Shown here: positions 57,699 through 64,000 of the stretch, piece after piece
How the letters are laid out: each line of letters opens with the position of its first letter
Numbering within the stretch: position 1 is the first letter of the stretch
Assembly (NCBI GenBank): GCA_045159875.1
Contig: CP067995.1
Location: forward strand, 544,001 to 608,000
Direction of reading: 5' to 3'
DNA length: 64,000 nt
Source: a cyanobacterium endosymbiont of Rhopalodia gibba
GTDB taxonomy: Bacteria; Cyanobacteriota; Cyanobacteriia; Cyanobacteriales; Microcystaceae
Translations under genes and position numbers: made by a program
Notes under the pieces: model-generated
The model's database searches: none
What the model was told of the DNA's origin: nothing
What the model saw: the letters and a program-made list of their open reading frames with translations, nothing else

Positions 57699-57945
57699 CT
57701 AAAAAACACATTCATTTGCATCTTCACCACAGACATCGGAAAGATAGGTGAGAGCTCTGATGTGTAACGTCATAAATTCTATTTAGGTTTGAGTTTGTAC
57801 AACAAAGGGATACGAAGCTGAATATGTCCAGATATAAAAATACCCCGTTTAAAGGAACAGGCATAGGAAACCAACCCATAGTATGAGTAATTTCAGCCTG
57901 TCTGACTTTTACTAACTTCATCCAACGCCTCAGAGTACACAAAAA
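57699..57945 (-). pseudogene. Mo-dependent nitrogenase C-terminal-domain protein pseudogene
   Basis: LRRWM, ACSFKRGIF, RIPLLYKLKP, RALTYLSDVCGED across frameshifts (cf. CPFERDI..IPPLCKLNP..RALSYLADECGED). Confidence 0.8.
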
Positions 57946-58096
57946 ACCGAACCTAAGGTTTGTTAAAAGTAAAAAATGGGTTTGAGTTACCGTAATTTAC
58001 CCCCATATCTATCTGAAAAAGGGAGGGGAGGGGAGAGGGGGAGTGATTACTCCCTGAATCTTCCTAATTCTCCCTTGTTTTCAGATTTCTCTGTGA

Positions 58097-59632
58097 TTAA
58101 CGAACTAAATCGAAAGAAATATCCGTCACAGAAGGAGTATCAGTCTTACGATCTAACGCTTCAAGAACCCCATTAGCAATCCAGTTGAGTAGGTTGATAG
58201 CACCTTCATACCCAATGGTGGAATAGCGATGTAAATGGTGGCGATCAAAGATAGGATATCCGATACGGATTAAAGGAGTCTTTGTATCACGCTCAAGATA
58301 CTTAGCGTAGGAATTACCAATTAAGAAATCAACAGGTTCAGTGAACAGTAAAGAACGAAGATGCCACAAGTCCTTACCACCCCAAACGGTAGCCTGTTGT
58401 CCGAAGGGACTAGATGCTAGAAGAGCTTTAGCTGCAATTTCAAATTCCTTGGTACTATTATGAACCAAGACATGAACAGGCTCGATACCCATTTCTAACA
58501 TGAACTGTAATAAGCCCATCACTAAATCAGGATCTCCGTAAACTGCAGCACGCTTACCGTGTACCCAAGATTGGGTATCGGTCATTGCGTCAACCGCACG
58601 TCCACGAGCGATTTCAAGTTCTTTGGGGATAGGATTTCCGGTAAGTTCGGATAAGCCCATCAAGAACTTATCAGTACCTTTAATACCCCAAGGAAGATAG
58701 GTAAAGCACTTTTGCTTCCACTCTTTCTCAATATATTCAAGAGTCTTAGGAGTGGTATAGGTTTGAAGAGCAATAGTTGCTTCAGCGTTAATGGCGTCAG
58801 CAGCGACCTCTAAAGGTGTTCCTTCTTGATACATCTTGAACTCCCCTAAGTTGGGAGAATCAAGATACATTTCTGTGTCACCTAGGATAGCAGCATTAAC
58901 TCCCATGGCAGCCGTCAAGCTTTTAAGTTGACGAAGGTTCCCCATATAGGTCTCAAACCCAGGGATGAAGTTGATGGTTCCGTTGGTAGTTCCTTTTTTC
59001 TTACCTGCAGTTAAGGTGGAGAGGATAGATTTCATCATGCTGTCATAACCGGTGATGTGGGAACCCACAAAACTGGGAGTATGAGCGTAAGGCACGGGAA
59101 AATCTGCAGGGATGGAACCATCCTGACGAGCAGTTTCTACGAATGCACCCAAGTCATCCCCAATTACTTCTGCCATACAAGTAGTACAGACAGCAATCAT
59201 TTTGGGCTTATAAAGGGTGTAAGCGTTCAGCAAACCTTCAATCATGTTTTTTAATCCACCGAAAACAGCAGCGTTTTCAGTCATGGAAGAAGAAACAGCA
59301 CTAACAGGCTCCTTGAAGTGACGGGTTAAGTGGGTACGGAAGTAAGCCACACACCCCTGAGAACCATGAACGAAAGGAAGAGTTCCTTCAAAACCGACGG
59401 CGGCTAATAAAGCACCAAGAGGTTGGCAAGCTTTAGCGGGGTTGATGGTTAGAGCTTCACGAGCAAAGTTCTTCTCGCGGTATTCCCAGGTTTTTGTCCA
59501 CTCAGCAATTTCTTGAACCTTCTCAGCAGAAGGCATTCCTTCAAACTGTTTCTTATTTTCAAACAGTTCTTGATACTCAGGCTGGTGGAATAGATCAACG
59601 TGATCCTTAATGTTATCTACATTCTGAGCCAT
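58097..59632 (-). CDS. nifK: Nitrogenase MoFe protein beta chain
   Basis: NPAKACQPLG, HGSQGCVAYF, TTCMAEVIGDD; start MAQNV at 59632 (511 aa). Confidence 0.99.
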   Translation of the reverse strand: MAQNVDNIKDHVDLFHQPEYQELFENKKQFEGMPSAEKVQEIAEWTKTWEYREKNFAREALTINPAKACQPLGALLAAVGFEGTLPFVHGSQGCVAYFRTHLTRHFKEPVSAVSSSMTENAAVFGGLKNMIEGLLNAYTLYKPKMIAVCTTCMAEVIGDDLGAFVETARQDGSIPADFPVPYAHTPSFVGSHITGYDSMMKSILSTLTAGKKKGTTNGTINFIPGFETYMGNLRQLKSLTAAMGVNAAILGDTEMYLDSPNLGEFKMYQEGTPLEVAADAINAEATIALQTYTTPKTLEYIEKEWKQKCFTYLPWGIKGTDKFLMGLSELTGNPIPKELEIARGRAVDAMTDTQSWVHGKRAAVYGDPDLVMGLLQFMLEMGIEPVHVLVHNSTKEFEIAAKALLASSPFGQQATVWGGKDLWHLRSLLFTEPVDFLIGNSYAKYLERDTKTPLIRIGYPIFDRHHLHRYSTIGYEGAINLLNWIANGVLEALDRKTDTPSVTDISFDLVR

Positions 59633-59782
59633 TTTGTTTGGTAACTCCTGTATGGATAGGGTTGAATATCGATCAATTGGCACGTTTCCAAAGAGAGGGG
59701 GGCGTTGGGAAGGTATGGAATAAAACATTCTATTCTTACTCTCTTTTGTTTTCCTTAGTCCCCCGTGTCTTTTTTTATCCCT

Positions 59783-61219
59783 CTATTTATTCCAAGGGGT
59801 GCCAACTAATCCCCAAGTGGGACTGTTAAGGGCTAAGTCCATGTCACGGGCGAAGATAGCGAAGCCATCATAACCGTGGTAAGGTCCTGAATAATCCCAA
59901 GAGTGCATTTGACGGAAGGGAAGAGCCATCTTTTGGAAGACATACTTCTCTTTAACCCCAGAGGCCACTAAATCAGGCTTAAGTTTTTTGACGAATTCTT
60001 CGAATTCATAGGCGGTCGCATCATCGTAGATGAGGGTCGCATCATCAACATACTTAGTTGTACGTTTGTAGTCATCACCGTGGGCGAACTCATACCCAGT
60101 TCCGATCATCTTCATCCCTAAGTCTTGGAAAGCGGGAACAACGTGACGAGGACGTAGTCCACCAACCATCATCATGACAGTTTTACCTTCTAAACGAGGA
60201 CGGTATTTTGCCAGAACGTCATCACACTGTTTTTGGTACTTTTTGATAACTTCTTCAGCTTTCGCCTGAATATTCTCATCAAAACGTTCAGCAATGGTGC
60301 GTAAAGACTCAGCAATCTTTGTAGGTCCAAAGAAGTTATATTCCAACCAAGGAATACCGTATTTTTCTTCCATGTGACGACTAATGTAGTTCATGGAACG
60401 GTAGCAGTGGATAAGATTTAACTTAACCTTGGGGGTGACTTTCATTTCAGTGAAAGTACCATCACCAGACCACTGAGCTACAACGCGGAGTCCGATTTCT
60501 TCAAGAAGAATACGGCTAGACCAAGCATCTCCACCAATGTTGTAGTCACCAATGATGGCAACGTCATAAGGAGTGCTTTCAAATTCTGCGTTTTCTTTGT
60601 CCGCAGCGGGGAAAACCCAGTCACGGATCATGTCGTTAGCGATGTGGTGTCCTAAGGATTGAGAAACCCCACGGAACCCTTCACAACGAACGGGAACAAC
60701 GGATTTTCCGATTTCTTTACTCTTAGTACGAGCGACAGATTCAATGTCATCTCCGATTAATCCAACGGGACATTCTGACTGAATAGAAATACCACCATTG
60801 AGGGGAAATAACTCTTCTATTTCATCAACGATTTTGCCGAGCTTTTTGTCTCCACCAAAAACGATATCCCGTTCTTGGAAATCAGAGGTAAAGTTCATCG
60901 TGCCGAAGGTATCAATTCCGGTAGTTCCGATGTAGTAGTTACGACGACCAGACCAGGAATAGTAACCACAACCAACGGGACCGTGGGAGATGTGGATCAT
61001 ATCCTTGATAGGACCCCAAACCACCCCTTTTGATCCAGCGTAAGCACAACCACGAGTGGTCATTACACCGGGTAGGGATTGTTTGTTGGACTTTACTCCA
61101 CAATCGTCTTTACCTTCTTCGTAAACGTTGAGGTGTTTCTCACGTTTTTTGGCGGTTTTCTCAGGATATGTCGCTAAGACATCTTTAATGAGCTTCTTAT
61201 TCTCTTCTACTGTTGCCAT
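59783..61219 (-). CDS. nifD: Nitrogenase MoFe protein alpha chain
   Basis: [28 protein letters not shown]. Confidence 0.99.
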   Translation of the reverse strand: MATVEENKKLIKDVLATYPEKTAKKREKHLNVYEEGKDDCGVKSNKQSLPGVMTTRGCAYAGSKGVVWGPIKDMIHISHGPVGCGYYSWSGRRNYYIGTTGIDTFGTMNFTSDFQERDIVFGGDKKLGKIVDEIEELFPLNGGISIQSECPVGLIGDDIESVARTKSKEIGKSVVPVRCEGFRGVSQSLGHHIANDMIRDWVFPAADKENAEFESTPYDVAIIGDYNIGGDAWSSRILLEEIGLRVVAQWSGDGTFTEMKVTPKVKLNLIHCYRSMNYISRHMEEKYGIPWLEYNFFGPTKIAESLRTIAERFDENIQAKAEEVIKKYQKQCDDVLAKYRPRLEGKTVMMMVGGLRPRHVVPAFQDLGMKMIGTGYEFAHGDDYKRTTKYVDDATLIYDDATAYEFEEFVKKLKPDLVASGVKEKYVFQKMALPFRQMHSWDYSGPYHGYDGFAIFARDMDLALNSPTWGLVGTPWNK

Positions 61220-61390
61220 GATGTTCCTCTTCTGTAGAGTCGTAGATTATTAGGAATCATCGAAAAAAGAGGGAAGGCAAAAGGATCAATTGTGAACTAA
61301 TAGTTAATAGTTGTTTATTGTTTCCCTAATGACTATTTTCTATCCACTTTTGCCTTGGTGTTCCTCTATTCCGACTAAGCGAGACTAAGC

Positions 61391-62299
<909 letters not shown>

Positions 62300-62302
62300 C
62301 TA

Positions 62303-62445
62303 GGGAAGTTTTAACCGTTTCTGACGTAAGAACGGCTCGCCAACTGAGCGTTAGCAGTGGGATGTCCCATCGAACCTTCAATCTCTACGTCAGGTCTGGG
62401 ATTTCTTCCACATAGAAGCTAACTCTTGGTTAAGAAAAGCTTCCC
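62303..62445 (-). other. Structured RNA element in the nifH 5' leader (candidate)
   Basis: Nested complementary segments found by eye, with G-U pairs on the mRNA strand. Confidence 0.6.
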
Positions 62446-62708
62446 CCGAGAAGAGCAAAAGCTATAAAACTTCACTCACGAGGTGGCGTTTTAGAGAGTT
62501 AAACCAAACCTAGTCATGGTTGTGTCATGAGCAAGTAGATAAACTATACTCGTTAACATCCTTGATAGTGGGCTATCTCTAAACGTCCGGCGAGAAGCGA
62601 TGCCTATGGTGGAGATCGCTCTCGACCTTTTTTAATTAATAACATGGGCTTTGGGTATTTGATACTAAATAAGTGAATAATTGACAGTTTGTTCTATTTA
62701 CCAAGTTG

Positions 62709-63041
62709 TTATACAAAAACGACGATTAATTCTGGAGAAATACGATCACGCAATCTGGACTCGATTACATTTTTTATGGTGGCCGCACTGCTCATAAAAG
62801 AACTGCAGGCTCCTTTGAGGGTGACTTTATTAAATAAGTCTACATCTCCTCCATCTTGTGCTGGGGCTGGCTTAACTTCTTCTTTAAGAATCTTTTGAAT
62901 AAAGGTAATTTTTTGCAGATTTATTAAAAATGTGGTAGCGGCAACTTTGGACTTGGATCTGGCAACGCCTGTTGCTGTTTCTACTGCTATGGTTTCTTCT
63001 TGCACAATTTCAGTTAGAATGCTATCTATATAGTCCCACAT
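62709..63041 (-). pseudogene. nifU: Internally deleted NifU: start fused to a degenerate C-terminal Nfu domain
   Basis: MWDY start joined directly to the linker, QDGGDVDLF and LKGACSSF (CxxC broken); 110 aa versus about 300 aa. Confidence 0.88.
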
Positions 63042-63115
63042 TGTCTTTTCCTGCATGAATCGTTGATATTTGTTGCTACTAATGATGAGTTAATAGCCAT
63101 TTTTCTAAATATTCA

Positions 63116-64000
63116 CTATTTAACCAAGGCTGTCTGTTTTCGTTCGATGAGCCAACCGACATCATCGTTAGTGGGCGCAGACAAGGCACGGAGGCGATCA
63201 ATAATTCCCGGCAGTACTTCAAGCACCTTCTGGACTTGATCATGAGTGGTAAAACGAGACAAACTAAAGCGAATGGAGCCGTGAAGCAACGCATAGGGAA
63301 GTCCCATTGCTCGCAATACATGAGACGGTTCTAAAGATCCGGAGGTGCAAGCAGAACCAGAGGATGCATAAATCCCATGTTGATTTAGGGATAAGAGAAT
63401 AGCTTCTCCTTCGACGAATTTAAAGCCAATATTTGAGGTATTGGGAAGCCTTTGCACGGCATGACCATTAAGTACGGTATCAGAAATAGTTGTTAGTATA
63501 GTTTGTTCTAAATAATCTCGTAATCCCTTTTCCCTGGTTTCCATAATCAGATAAGACTCAGCTAACTCAGCTGCTTTTCCTAGGGCGACAATACCAGGGA
63601 CGTTTTCAGTTCCTCCACGACGACCTCTTTCCTGGTGTCCACCAATCAGTAAAGGGCTAAATCTTGTACCACGACGCACGTATAGAGCACCAATTCCTTT
63701 GGGAGCATGAATTTTATGACCAGAAAGGGTCAACATATCAATGGTGCTTTCCTTCATGTTGAGAGGTATTTTTCCTACTGCCTGCACCGCATCAACGTGA
63801 AACATTGCTCCGTATTTTTTAGCCAGTTGCCCAACTTGTTCTATGGGAAAAATAACGCCGGTTTCATTGTTAGCATACATTAGAGTAACTAACGCTGTAT
63901 TCTGGGTTAAAGATGCCTCAAACTCTGAAATATCTAACTGCCCTTGATCATTAACAGATAGGTAAGTGACAGTATAGTTTTTACCTTCTAAATTCTTGCA
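63116..64000 (-). CDS. nifS: Cysteine desulfurase NifS, 3' part (continues beyond the window)
   Basis: ANNETG, HVDAVQ, SGHK, SSGSACTS; frame open to the window edge. Confidence 0.95.
   Translation of the reverse strand, partial: CKNLEGKNYTVTYLSVNDQGQLDISEFEASLTQNTALVTLMYANNETGVIFPIEQVGQLAKKYGAMFHVDAVQAVGKIPLNMKESTIDMLTLSGHKIHAPKGIGALYVRRGTRFSPLLIGGHQERGRRGGTENVPGIVALGKAAELAESYLIMETREKGLRDYLEQTILTTISDTVLNGHAVQRLPNTSNIGFKFVEGEAILLSLNQHGIYASSGSACTSGSLEPSHVLRAMGLPYALLHGSIRFSLSRFTTHDQVQKVLEVLPGIIDRLRALSAPTNDDVGWLIERKQTALVK

Noticed and set aside
57724..57942. 72-aa ORF as an intact gene
   Set aside because: It is a frameshifted reading of the Mo-nitrogenase C-terminal-domain pseudogene
59633..59728. 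NifK N-terminal extension
   Set aside because: An AGGAG RBS precedes ATG 59632, giving the standard length of about 511 aa
59783..61219. Excision element interrupting nifD
   Set aside because: nifD, nifK and nifH are continuous and no recombinase gene is present

Overview
AT-rich genome segment from a unicellular diazotrophic cyanobacterium of the Cyanothece/Crocosphaera/Rippkaea group, apparently undergoing genome reduction. Intact housekeeping genes (glmU 3' end, typA, era, UvrD-like helicase, pyrF, sqdX, dapF, mlaF/mlaD-like, ndhCKJ) are separated by kilobase-scale AT-rich deserts and readable pseudogenes (psbQ, hfq, an ndhD fragment, alpha/beta hydrolases, MBL-fold hydrolase, DUF1499, DUF4079). 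The right third is a minus-strand nif cluster: nifS (partial), nifU (internally deleted), nifHDK, a Mo-nitrogenase-C-terminal-domain pseudogene, nifENX, DUF269, DUF683, nifW, hesAB, fdxH, three unknown ORFs, split feoB, feoA, modBC and fdxB. The best inference is a spheroid body (diazoplast) endosymbiont of a rhopalodiacean diatom. The most interesting unannotated signals are non-coding: a multi-stem RNA structure in the nifH leader, long hairpins at each nifHDK junction, an identical 15-nt RBS motif on both nif ferredoxins resembling an IsaR1 target site, an orphan promoter with a structured ~75-nt RNA behind typA, and several near loop-less perfect palindromes. All calls come from reading the sequence and recalling protein families; no searches or folding programs were run.
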